From positions 1 to 51,591 of the IMG/VR virus record IMGVR_UViG_3300044820_000144: 51,591 bases of DNA; one strand, 5' to 3'. Source of the stretch: a virus. The notes beneath the pieces were generated by a model. That model was not told where the DNA came from, did not search any database, and worked only from the letters and a program-made list of their open reading frames with translations. Numbering within the stretch: the stretch's first letter is position 1; every line of letters begins with the position of its first letter. Both the position numbers and the translations under genes were made by a program. Below, piece by piece: positions 19,106-26,845 of this stretch.

Positions 19106-19345
19106 TCAGGACTGTGAAATGAGCAGGGTCTCCGCGTACCGGCGCAGCCAACCCGGCTCACGATCACCGGGCAGGCTGTCCAGCCACTCGCGGGTCCCCG
19201 TGTACTGGTTCTTGTGCTCGACCGGCACGCCGTTGCACGCGGCCGTCACGACCGCACCGCCGTAGTCGATGGGGCAGGTTTCGAGGCGCCCGAACTCGAC
19301 CGGCTCCAGGTCGAGGAGGCAGGTGAAGATCACGGAGCGGCGCAT
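19106..19345 (-). CDS. hypothetical protein
   Basis: ATG 19345; stop codon supplied by the repeated motif. Confidence 0.55.
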   Translation of the reverse strand: MRRSVIFTCLLDLEPVEFGRLETCPIDYGGAVVTAACNGVPVEHKNQYTGTREWLDSLPGDREPGWLRRYAETLLISQS

Positions 19346-19380
19346 GGTGGGTCCCTTCAGGGTTGGAACAGCAGGGTGAT

Positions 19381-19728
19381 TCAGTAGCCCATCGACTCGG
19401 CCGTGTGGTCGCGGTACCGGCGCCGGTTCGGGTCGCAGCTGTAGTCGTCGCACCCCACGTAGTGTTCGCGCCGGAAACCCTCGTCCGTGATCGCGTAGAA
19501 CTCATACGTCGGGTAGCCGTCCGCGGTGACGCCACGCTCCAGCGTCTGCGAGTGGTGCCAGTCCACGGCCGAATCGGCGACCAGCGACCCCATCCAGACC
19601 TCGGCGAACGTCATGCCCTCGGGCGGGAACCAGACGTAGTCGTTCTCATAGAAGCCGTCACAGTCGCGCGAGTCGCTGGTGACGTGAGCGTGGGTGATGC
19701 GGGACATCGGGACGATCGTGCTGGTCAT
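19381..19728 (-). CDS. hypothetical protein
   Basis: GGAGG RBS, 115 aa, ends YRDHTAESMGY. Confidence 0.65.
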   Translation of the reverse strand: MTSTIVPMSRITHAHVTSDSRDCDGFYENDYVWFPPEGMTFAEVWMGSLVADSAVDWHHSQTLERGVTADGYPTYEFYAITDEGFRREHYVGCDDYSCDPNRRRYRDHTAESMGY

Positions 19729-19751
19729 GGCAACCTCCGACGCAAGGATTT

Positions 19752-19874
19752 TCAGGACTTGAACAGGTAGCGGACGACGATCACGATGCGGACGCGGATG
19801 CGCCGCCGGGGGGGAGGAGTCGGCAGGGTCGACAAGGCCAACCGGTGCAGCTCCGCCGGGTCGAGATCACGCAT
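19752..19874 (-). CDS. 40-aa peptide (not in ORF track)
   Basis: MRDLDPAELHRLALSTLPTPPPRRRIRVRIVIVVRYLFKS*; flanked by two motif copies, stop in motif. Confidence 0.4.
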   Translation of the reverse strand: MRDLDPAELHRLALSTLPTPPPRRRIRVRIVIVVRYLFKS

Positions 19875-19892
19875 GGGCTTGACCACGTCCTT

Positions 19893-20213
19893 TCAGGACT
19901 TGAACCGATCACAGTCACGGGGCGGCACGCGCTCGCCGAGGCTCCGTGCGAACGCCTCCCCGTCGTTCGTCCGCTGGGGGTTCAGCCGGGGCCGCTTCAC
20001 CCCGCGCGTCTCGCCTGCCATCCGCCGTGCTTCGGCCAAGAGCGCCGTAGCGATCCCGCGACGCCGGTACTCCGGCTCAACGTGGATGTCCAAGATCAAG
20101 CCGCTGCGGCGTGACCAGATCAGTACGGCAACCGCGCGGCCATCCTGTTCGGCCGTCAACCGGTGCGGCTCACCCATGCGGCTCGAATCAAGGTCATACG
20201 AATAGGTGAGCAT
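19893..20213 (-). CDS. GNAT family acetyltransferase
   Basis: ILDIHVEPEYRRRGIATALL acetyl-CoA motif; GGAG RBS. Confidence 0.85.
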   Translation of the reverse strand: MLTYSYDLDSSRMGEPHRLTAEQDGRAVAVLIWSRRSGLILDIHVEPEYRRRGIATALLAEARRMAGETRGVKRPRLNPQRTNDGEAFARSLGERVPPRDCDRFKS

Positions 20214-20235
20214 CAGCTCCCCTTTCAGATCGGAC

Positions 20236-20831
20236 GTGCAGAGCGACACACCTACCGGGCGGCAGGTGCATCACTCAGTGCGTTCGATCAAGTCCGTGGT
20301 TTCGGGCGCTACCCCGTAACGGGCACTCACGGATTACCCCGGTACGCCATATCGCTATGCGTCAGGCGTACATCTCTCATTTACCGGATCTCTCCGGCGG
20401 CACGCTTGCCTCCTCTGCGATCACCGACCTTTTCAGGGTCAGAAATCGTCAGCCGCTCAACCCCTCGCGGGTAGCGGGCTAGGTTAGACGCCTCATATCG
20501 CGTCCGTCTGCACGGCCAATCGAGGTTCAGCGATTGCCGGTTTCCCTAGCGTTGTCCCATGCGAACTAGAACCGTGTGGACGCGCGGCATGTCTCCCCTA
20601 GGGCAGTCGGCCGGTTGTCCGCGCGCATGGTGTACGTTTCGTGCGCTCGTCCTCTTTTATTGTTGGTCGGCACAATGCCGCCTATGTGCGTGCGCGTCCC
20701 TAGCTCGCAATGCCTGCACCCTGTGACGCCGTGCGGGTGTGGTGCATCGGCCAATGGCGGGAGCGTGCTGGTGATCGCTTCCTGCGGTCCCCACTACCGG
20801 GCCGGTCCGTCCCCCCGGACGGACACGGCCC
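20236..20831 (-). ncRNA. candidate large structured non-coding RNA
   Basis: ~600 nt with no credible ORF; about 10 hairpins; three GNRA loops and G-U pairs on the minus strand; long-range helix 20236-20242/20507-20513. Confidence 0.55.
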
Positions 20832-20844
20832 GATCGAAGGGAGA

Positions 20845-21699
20845 TCAGGCGGCGGACGTGGCGATGATCAGCGGGCCGAAGCTCTGCGGCGCGCGCGGGC
20901 GGACGATCTGACCGGACACGCGCTCCGGGGAGTCACCCACGACCGCGCCCGACTGCACGGCCGTACCGGCGAACCGCGAGAGGGAGTCGATGAGCGCGCG
21001 GGCCGCGTCGGCCTGCGCCTGCGTGGCCGTGGCGCCGGACAGCTTGCCGATCGGGCCCGTGATCGCCCGGAGCATGGCGTCCACGTCCACCGTGTCGCTG
21101 ACGGGCGCGTCCGGGACGTCGTCGCCACCCTCGCCACCCTCGCCGGTCGCCACGGCGGAGGACTTTTCAGAGGCAGAAACGATCACGGCCGACTCACGCT
21201 CGATCCGGGCGACGTCGTCCGCCATGAGTCCACGGATCGCCTCGATCTGGGAGGCGGCACCCGCGATCGTCGCGCGGGCGATCTTCGTGCAGCCGTTGTT
21301 GTAGAGCCGTTCCACGATTGTCTGGATCTTGCTCGGCGTGTCGATGTACTCCGCCATGAATGCCCGGTCCTCGGCGTCCGCCGTACCGGCGTACACGGGC
21401 AGCACGAGCACGGCGCCCGTGAGCGCGTGGTAGCCGAGGTACGCGTTAGAGGTACGGGTCTTGCGCACCCCCAGCTTCAGAACCTCGGCGCGCACGGCGG
21501 AGATCGTGACCCCGGAGTGCACGGTGCGGTGAAGGCCAGTGGCGGACGCAACGAATGCGTCCCGCGCGGCAACGTCGGCAACGTCGCACGCCTTGACCAG
21601 AGCGGCGGCACTCGCGGCCGTGAACGTGGTGCTCTCGGGAGTGGCGTTGTGCGCCCGGCCGGTCACGTCGCGGATCGGGGCGGTGAGCATGGCGTTCAT
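20845..21699 (-). CDS. hypothetical Ala-rich helical protein (second gene of leftward arm)
   Basis: GGAGG RBS, ATG 21699, 284 aa. Confidence 0.7.
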   Translation of the reverse strand: MNAMLTAPIRDVTGRAHNATPESTTFTAASAAALVKACDVADVAARDAFVASATGLHRTVHSGVTISAVRAEVLKLGVRKTRTSNAYLGYHALTGAVLVLPVYAGTADAEDRAFMAEYIDTPSKIQTIVERLYNNGCTKIARATIAGAASQIEAIRGLMADDVARIERESAVIVSASEKSSAVATGEGGEGGDDVPDAPVSDTVDVDAMLRAITGPIGKLSGATATQAQADAARALIDSLSRFAGTAVQSGAVVGDSPERVSGQIVRPRAPQSFGPLIIATSAA

Positions 21700-21754
21700 G
21701 GCGAAACCTCCGGTGTGGGGGTGGAGCGGGATGGGTGAGTGGGTGGAGCGCGGG

Positions 21755-21943
21755 TCAGATGGTGGACGCGTCGGAAGGCCAGAAGTTGCGGCGCCCGGCC
21801 GCACGGCGGTCGTTCTTGCGACGGTCGATCTTGCGCAGGCTGCCAGCACGCGGCGTGTAGGCGGGAGCGGTGCCCGTGCGCCGGTCGTTCGCCTTACTGC
21901 TGTCCGTCGTGGCGAGCACAACCGGGGGAACGGAAACGCGCAC
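21755..21943 (-). CDS. small basic Arg-rich protein (first gene of leftward arm)
   Basis: AGGAGG-5nt-GTG; RKIDRRKNDRRAAGRR. Confidence 0.6.
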   Translation of the reverse strand: MRVSVPPVVLATTDSSKANDRRTGTAPAYTPRAGSLRKIDRRKNDRRAAGRRNFWPSDASTI

Positions 21944-22019
21944 GGAAACCTCCTAAGTAGGGCCCACCTGTGGCATGGCACGCCCCTGGCGGGGCTGCTG
22001 GGCTCCCTTGCCGACCCCT

Positions 22020-22560
22020 AAAGAGTAGCAAGCGCAGTGCACACTGCGCTGTAGACCATATGGCTGACAGTGAACGGGTGAAATGTGGGCCGTTTCAGGG
22101 TCTGAAAGCCCCTACATAAGCGGACATATCATGCCTGAAAATGGGTTGATCCATTCCACCACCCATTCGGCGGTCGACAGGACAAGCCCAATCATGAGGG
22201 GTGTTGTGGTCGATTCTCGGGCATGTGGGTGTTAATCAGACACCACGAAGATCGCAAGAGTAGTCACCCGAACGGACTCACCCGTTCAGCCGATTGACAC
22301 CCAACCAGGCCATCCCCCCCGTTACTAGAACAAATGGACATTCAGGGTGTTTCTATCCCCGGCTGCATCCATTTCACGATGGCAACGATTCGATTTAGTG
22401 TCGTACTACCGCGGCGTTGTCACTGTCATCCGTCGTGGCGCGCGTCCGGCATTTCCGCTGGTCAGGGGCTTGGGGGATGCGCGCGACCATCGGCGAATGC
22501 CGATAGATCGATTCCGCATAACCGCAGGTCAGAGCTTGATCGTCAGAGAATGCCCGTGAA
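22020..22560. promoter_or_regulatory. divergent control region
   Basis: AT-richer, no credible ORF; leftward -10 TACTCT at ~22022-22027 beside palindrome AGCGCAGTG-CA-CACTGCGCT (22031-22050); several TCACCCG boxes; motif copy 22093-22107. Confidence 0.65.
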
Positions 22561-22598
22561 GGTCAACCAATGCCCGTGACCCCGGGTAGCCTCGATCG

Positions 22599-22838
22599 GT
22601 GACCGAGCCGAGAGACGGGCGCCGTGAGGACCTCCGGCGCTGGGCGATCAAGATGGCTGACGAGATCTACACCGACCTCTACGAGCGCGCACCGGAGGGG
22701 CGGGTCATCGGCGCGGCCGAGATCGACCTGGCCCGCTCCCGACTCGTCCTGCGGGACGCCGCGGTGCTGCTCCGGGTACGCGATCACCGGATCACGGCCC
22801 GGCTGGTGGAGAGGGCGCTGAAGGAGCTGACGCTGTGA
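22599..22838 (+). CDS. hypothetical protein (leaderless)
   Basis: TAGCCT-6nt-GTG; coupled to next ORF. Confidence 0.6.
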   Translation: MTEPRDGRREDLRRWAIKMADEIYTDLYERAPEGRVIGAAEIDLARSRLVLRDAAVLLRVRDHRITARLVERALKELTL

Positions 22839-23137
22839 GCTACTACGACCGCGAGGGCCAGCCGATCGACGAGGCGACCTGGAGCGAGCTGGCGACGCCG
22901 TTCGAGAGGCGGATCGTCCAGCACGACCAGGTGTCGGACCTGGTGGAGGTGTTGACGGTCTGGCACGGGCAGGACCTGGAGGACCCGCTCCGCGATCCGC
23001 CGCTCATCTACGGCACCGTCATCAAGTTCGTGGGGAAGATCGTGGAGGAGATCCCGACTGCGACGGAGCGGCAGGCGCGCGTGGCCCATCGGGTCCTGGT
23101 GCGGGTCGAGCGGGACCACCCCAGGGACACCCTTTAG
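22835..23137 (+). CDS. hypothetical phage protein
   Basis: AAGGAG RBS; YYDREGQPI...VLTVWHGQD...PPLIYGT. Confidence 0.65.
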   Translation: MSYYDREGQPIDEATWSELATPFERRIVQHDQVSDLVEVLTVWHGQDLEDPLRDPPLIYGTVIKFVGKIVEEIPTATERQARVAHRVLVRVERDHPRDTL

Positions 23138-23146
23138 TGTGGCGGG

Positions 23147-23728
23147 ATGAGCGCACAGCCGTTCGATGAGGCAGCCGAGGTCCGGGTCAGCTGGGAGGAG
23201 TTCCTCCGGTTCCAGCAGGCGTACACGGGACCCGAGCGGATGGACTGGGACAACGGGCTGATCGTGCGGGCGATGACCGGCGGCAGCGAGCGGCACGACC
23301 TCGTCGTGATGGCGCTCATCGAGCAGCTGTTCCGGGTGCTGCCGGAGCGGTGCGTGGTGTTCGCGCACAACCGGCAGGTCAAGACTCCCAGCCAGCGCAG
23401 CTACCACCCCGACCTGCTGGTGCGTTGCGGCAAGGCGGCCCACCAGCTGTACGAGGAGGATGCCCGGCTGATCGTCGAGGTCCTGTCGCCCAGCAATGGC
23501 CCCGCGGAGCAGACGGCGAAGCTCTACGCCTACCAGCAGCTGCCGTCGATCGAGGCGATCTTCTTCGTGAACACCGTCCGCCGCATCGTCACCGTCCACC
23601 GCAAGCACCCTGACGGCTCCGGGTGGATGGAGAGCCAGACCCGCGACGGGGCCATCTCCAGCGGCGGCATCACGCTGGACTTCGGGGCCATGTGGAGCTG
23701 GGTCGACGAGCGCAGCACCTTCGAGTGA
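23147..23728 (+). CDS. Uma2/DUF820 family PD-(D/E)XK endonuclease
   Basis: AMTGGSERH, YHPDLLVRC, LIVEVLSPS, KLYAYQQLPSI. Confidence 0.88.
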   Translation: MSAQPFDEAAEVRVSWEEFLRFQQAYTGPERMDWDNGLIVRAMTGGSERHDLVVMALIEQLFRVLPERCVVFAHNRQVKTPSQRSYHPDLLVRCGKAAHQLYEEDARLIVEVLSPSNGPAEQTAKLYAYQQLPSIEAIFFVNTVRRIVTVHRKHPDGSGWMESQTRDGAISSGGITLDFGAMWSWVDERSTFE

Positions 23729-24045
23729 TGGTCAGCGACGACGAGTTCCGGCGGCTTCAGGTCCGGGTGGACAAGCTGGCCGTGGCGGTGTCACGGATAG
23801 AGGCGCAGCTCGCTGCCCTCGCTCCGGACCCCGCCGTGGCTATGGAGCGGGTCGCGGTGATCGATCTGCTGCAGTCCATGGGTGCCGCGCAGCTGGAGAC
23901 GGTGACCACGGGCAGGCAGCTGCAGCAGCTGCTGCAGGAGGTGTGCGACGTCCAGCGTCAGCAGGGGGAGGAGCTGGGCGATCTGCGGAACGCCTTGATC
24001 GAGGGCCTGTCGCAGGTTGCGGACGCCATCTCGCCGCCTGACTGA
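23728..24045 (+). CDS. coiled-coil hypothetical protein
   Basis: TGATG coupling; heptad pattern. Confidence 0.6.
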   Translation: MVSDDEFRRLQVRVDKLAVAVSRIEAQLAALAPDPAVAMERVAVIDLLQSMGAAQLETVTTGRQLQQLLQEVCDVQRQQGEELGDLRNALIEGLSQVADAISPPD

Positions 24046-24059
24046 CCGAGGTAGCCCTC

Positions 24060-24494
24060 ATGGAGGGTTACGACCTGGACGACACGCTGGCTCGGATGGA
24101 CTACCACAACGGGGAGACGCCGGAGCAACGCTTCGCGAACGCGCCGATGATGTACGAGCCGAAGTCGGCGTTCGTCGTCATCTCCGGGCGCCGACTGGCC
24201 ACCCCTGCTGAGCGCGAGGCGACGATGACGTGGCTGCTCGACAAGCAGGCCCACTTCATGGGCTACTACGCCTCCACCGGCCGGGACGCGAAACAGGTGG
24301 CCGCCAGCAAGGGCGCCATCATCCACAAGCTCGGCCTGTCGGACTACACCGACAACAACGTGAACGTGCTGGCCGAGCTGGCGGCCCTGGGCACGGGCGC
24401 GACGCTGTGGACGATGTCGCCGAAGGGGGTGCGGGCCCGGTTCGTGCCGATGGACCGCGCCGGCCTGGCCCGGCGGTGGGCCCCCACGCTGTGA
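24060..24494 (+). CDS. HAD-like phosphatase domain protein
   Basis: YDLDDTLA (DxDxT), VISGR, K, YTDNN. Confidence 0.65.
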   Translation: MEGYDLDDTLARMDYHNGETPEQRFANAPMMYEPKSAFVVISGRRLATPAEREATMTWLLDKQAHFMGYYASTGRDAKQVAASKGAIIHKLGLSDYTDNNVNVLAELAALGTGATLWTMSPKGVRARFVPMDRAGLARRWAPTL

Positions 24495-24515
24495 CCGCGC
24501 GGCTACGCTCCCGGG

Positions 24516-24683
24516 ATGCCTCTGTCTCCTCGCGCCTCCAGGGCGTTGCACCGCACTCTCACTGCGGTGCTCTGGCTCAGCGTCGCGTTCCTGGTCTTCC
24601 TCCTGGTCGGCTGGGCCTTTGGTTTCGTCCACTTCACCGGTGTGCATCACGCGCCGGCGACGCCTCGGGGTCCGGTGTCCTGA
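24516..24683 (+). CDS. 55-aa membrane protein (leaderless; not in ORF track)
   Basis: TACGCT-6nt-ATG; TAVLWLSVAFLVFLLVGWAFGFV transmembrane segment. Confidence 0.5.
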   Translation: MPLSPRASRALHRTLTAVLWLSVAFLVFLLVGWAFGFVHFTGVHHAPATPRGPVS

Positions 24684-25211
24684 GTGGCTGACTACGACGT
24701 CGCCCTGCAGCCGGGCGACCAGCGCATCCTGATCGTCGGCGGGCCGATGACCGGCAAGTCCACGCTGGCTGCCCAGCTGCACGAGCGGACCGGGTTCCCG
24801 GTGTTCTGCGGGGACCCCCGGTCGACGACCCGCAACCCGCGCATGGACGTGACGTACCTCCCGGAGACGATCGGATGGCGGGGCGCCCCGGACTACGTGC
24901 GCCGGACTTGGCTGTCCCGCACCGGGCCGTGGATCATCGAGGGGCACGTCACGGCCCGTGCCCTGATCGGTGCGGAGCTGTCGATGGGCGCCGCGTCGGC
25001 GGACCGGATCCTGGTCCTGCGCCGGCCGCACCCGGCCGCCCAGCCACGGGACGGCCACCACGCTCTCACCGTTGCGGTGCTGCGCTGCTGGGACGCCGTA
25101 GCGCCCGTGTACGGCGACCTCGCCACGGAGCTGACCCTGCCGCAGGAGGAGTCCTGGGCCCCGCTGGACGCCATCGCCGAGCTGGGCCGCTCCATCATGG
25201 GCGAGGGGTAG
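24684..25211 (+). CDS. P-loop nucleotide kinase-like protein
   Basis: ILIVGGPMTGKSTLA, WIIEG. Confidence 0.75.
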   Translation: MADYDVALQPGDQRILIVGGPMTGKSTLAAQLHERTGFPVFCGDPRSTTRNPRMDVTYLPETIGWRGAPDYVRRTWLSRTGPWIIEGHVTARALIGAELSMGAASADRILVLRRPHPAAQPRDGHHALTVAVLRCWDAVAPVYGDLATELTLPQEESWAPLDAIAELGRSIMGEG

Positions 25212-25299
25212 TCGGTAGTTCGGACGATCGCCCCCGGCTCACCCCTCGGGGCCTGTCGGGCCCTCCATAGGCTGCACGAGGACCTGGGAGGGATGATCT

Positions 25300-25686
25300 T
25301 TGAGCGAGTCGTCGCGGCGTGGACGTGGGGAAGTGGTGGTCCGCGGAGGACCGGGAGCGGCGCCGACCGAGCGCATCCCTCCCGAGCTGCCGTTCCGGCC
25401 CGACCCCGAAGAAGACGCCGAGGAGCGCCTGGACGACGAGCGCCCGGACGACGAGCCGCGCGAGGGCGACGAGGGGTCCATCGAGGACTTGGAGGACCGC
25501 GTCGCGGACCTGGCGACCGACATGCTCCGGGTGGTGCCGCTGCGGGATTACTCGACCGGCCGCTCGGGTGCTGAGATCCACATTCGGCGGGAGCTGATCC
25601 TGCTGGGCTACCCCGTCCCCGTCAGCGTGCACGTCAAGGCTGTGATCTGGCCCGAGGGGTTCCCCTCGCGGCGGCGGAGGGCATGA
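25300..25686 (+). CDS. hypothetical acidic protein (start uncertain, perhaps 25333)
   Basis: Coding-like codon usage; ATGA overlap with next ORF. Confidence 0.5.
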   Translation: MSESSRRGRGEVVVRGGPGAAPTERIPPELPFRPDPEEDAEERLDDERPDDEPREGDEGSIEDLEDRVADLATDMLRVVPLRDYSTGRSGAEIHIRRELILLGYPVPVSVHVKAVIWPEGFPSRRRRA

Positions 25687-26024
25687 TTCCGCGCGGCGCC
25701 GGCCGATCTGCTGGCATGACCCTGCTCATGCCGACGGTCCGTCTTCGAGCGCTGCGCCCCTGGGTGACCGGCGCCCTGTGCGTCACGGCCGGAGCGCTGC
25801 TGACGCTGGCGGCCCACCGCCCGCAGGAGACCAGCGTGTACCTGGCGCCGACGTCGTGCCTGACGGCGCTGACCCTGGCCGACCGCGGGTTCAGCCTGGC
25901 CGAGGAGAAGGCGAACGCGGCGTCGCTCGGCCACGGCGCCGACGTCAACGACCTGGCCGCCCAGCTGGACGCGCTGGCGCCGCGGTACCTGTCGGCGAAG
26001 ACCGCCTGCCGCTCCTCGCGCTGA
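25683..26024 (+). CDS. membrane-anchored hypothetical protein
   Basis: GGAGG RBS; hydrophobic N-terminal segment. Confidence 0.55.
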   Translation: MIPRGAGRSAGMTLLMPTVRLRALRPWVTGALCVTAGALLTLAAHRPQETSVYLAPTSCLTALTLADRGFSLAEEKANAASLGHGADVNDLAAQLDALAPRYLSAKTACRSSR

Positions 26025-26196
26025 CCTGCACCTCGCGCTGACCTGCACCGGGGCCCCCTGCGTGGGCTGTACCGGTGAAGTGCTGTCGGCGCATTGTTTT
26101 GTGCCCACAAGAATGGGACTGAAGTCCCCTCCACTGTTTGCCTGAGATACGGATTCAGTCTGTGCATGACGGATGACCGTCCGTACAGTCGGCACC

Positions 26197-26424
26197 ATGA
26201 CTCGCACGGGTGCGGCGCCGGAGCCGGAAGAAGATCTCCCCGTCGAGTCGTCGTTCCCCGTGGCCCACTGCCGACACTGCGGCACGGTGCTGCTCATCGA
26301 GCTACCCGGACTGCGCGCGACCGTCGACGAGTTCTTCTCGAAGGTCGTCCTGCACGAAGCCGGTTGCGCGGAACGCCACGTGTCGGGAGACGACGATGAC
26401 TTGCCCTCATTGCGCACGACGTGA
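26197..26424 (+). CDS. small CxxC protein (leaderless)
   Basis: TACAGT-7nt-ATG; HCRHCG...HEAGC. Confidence 0.5.
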   Translation: MTRTGAAPEPEEDLPVESSFPVAHCRHCGTVLLIELPGLRATVDEFFSKVVLHEAGCAERHVSGDDDDLPSLRTT

Positions 26425-26614
26425 CTGGGCTGCGGCCCAGCCTTCCTTCATCTGCCCCGACTGCGGGGTCGTGAGCTACAACCGGCTCGATGTCGAGCAC
26501 GGTTACTGCTCCGCCTGCAGGGCATTCACAGGTAACACGTCAACGCCCAGCAGATCCAAGCAACTCGGCGGTCGTGGCATTCAGACCGTCAAGGTAGACA
26601 AGGAGGTGTTGTGA
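26396..26614 (+). CDS. small zinc-finger protein
   Basis: GGAG RBS; CPHC, FICPDCG..SYN..DVEHGYCSAC. Confidence 0.6.
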   Translation: MTCPHCARRDWAAAQPSFICPDCGVVSYNRLDVEHGYCSACRAFTGNTSTPSRSKQLGGRGIQTVKVDKEVL

Positions 26615-26845
26615 ATGTCCGCAGCAGCGATCCTCGTCGTCGCGGTAATAGCGGCCCTGACCGCGGCGACGCTGACCCTGGTGATGCGCCGCATCAACAC
26701 GCACGTGAACGAAGCGATCGACCGGCACGTCGCCCGGGGCCTGGCCCCCCGCGACGGCTTCGACGTCCACGTCGACCAGGCCCTGGGCATCCTGCCCCGC
26801 CAGCGCGACAGCGCCGACGACAACGCCACCCAGCATCACCGGTGA
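26615..26845 (+). CDS. small membrane protein
   Basis: AAGGAGG RBS; N-terminal TM helix. Confidence 0.6.
   Translation: MSAAAILVVAVIAALTAATLTLVMRRINTHVNEAIDRHVARGLAPRDGFDVHVDQALGILPRQRDSADDNATQHHR

Larger units (their letters stand above)
893..22107. repeat. dispersed imperfect palindrome TTTCAG-N3/4-CTGAAA (about 21 copies)
   Basis: Copies at 893, 5683, 7415, 8919, 10618, 11324, 13086, 14193, 15101, 16007, 16942, 17850, 18499, 19104, 19356, 19749, 19891, 20223 (partial), 20430, 21164, 22093. Confidence 0.85.

Noticed and set aside
20424-20452. CUGACGA...GAAA on the minus strand suggesting a hammerhead ribozyme
   Set aside because: Stem II/GAAA/stem III/NUH geometry cannot be completed; GAAA is better explained as a tetraloop
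913-21738. Many long plus-strand ORFs in the left arm (e.g. 913-2139, 7692-9236, 11391-12719) and minus-strand ORFs over right-arm genes
   Set aside because: Antisense or alternate-frame shadows typical of high-GC DNA: no RBS, Arg/Pro/Gly-rich nonsense composition, and they overlap well-supported genes
893-22107. Repeated motif as a CRISPR array or integron attC sites
   Set aside because: Repeats are only 14-17 bp, degenerate and separated by whole genes; no cas genes, no integron integrase, no RYYYAAC/GTTRRRY attC ends
22294-22330. Perfect TTGACA as a rightward -35 element
   Set aside because: No TANNNT hexamer at 16-19 nt spacing; left within the general control region call
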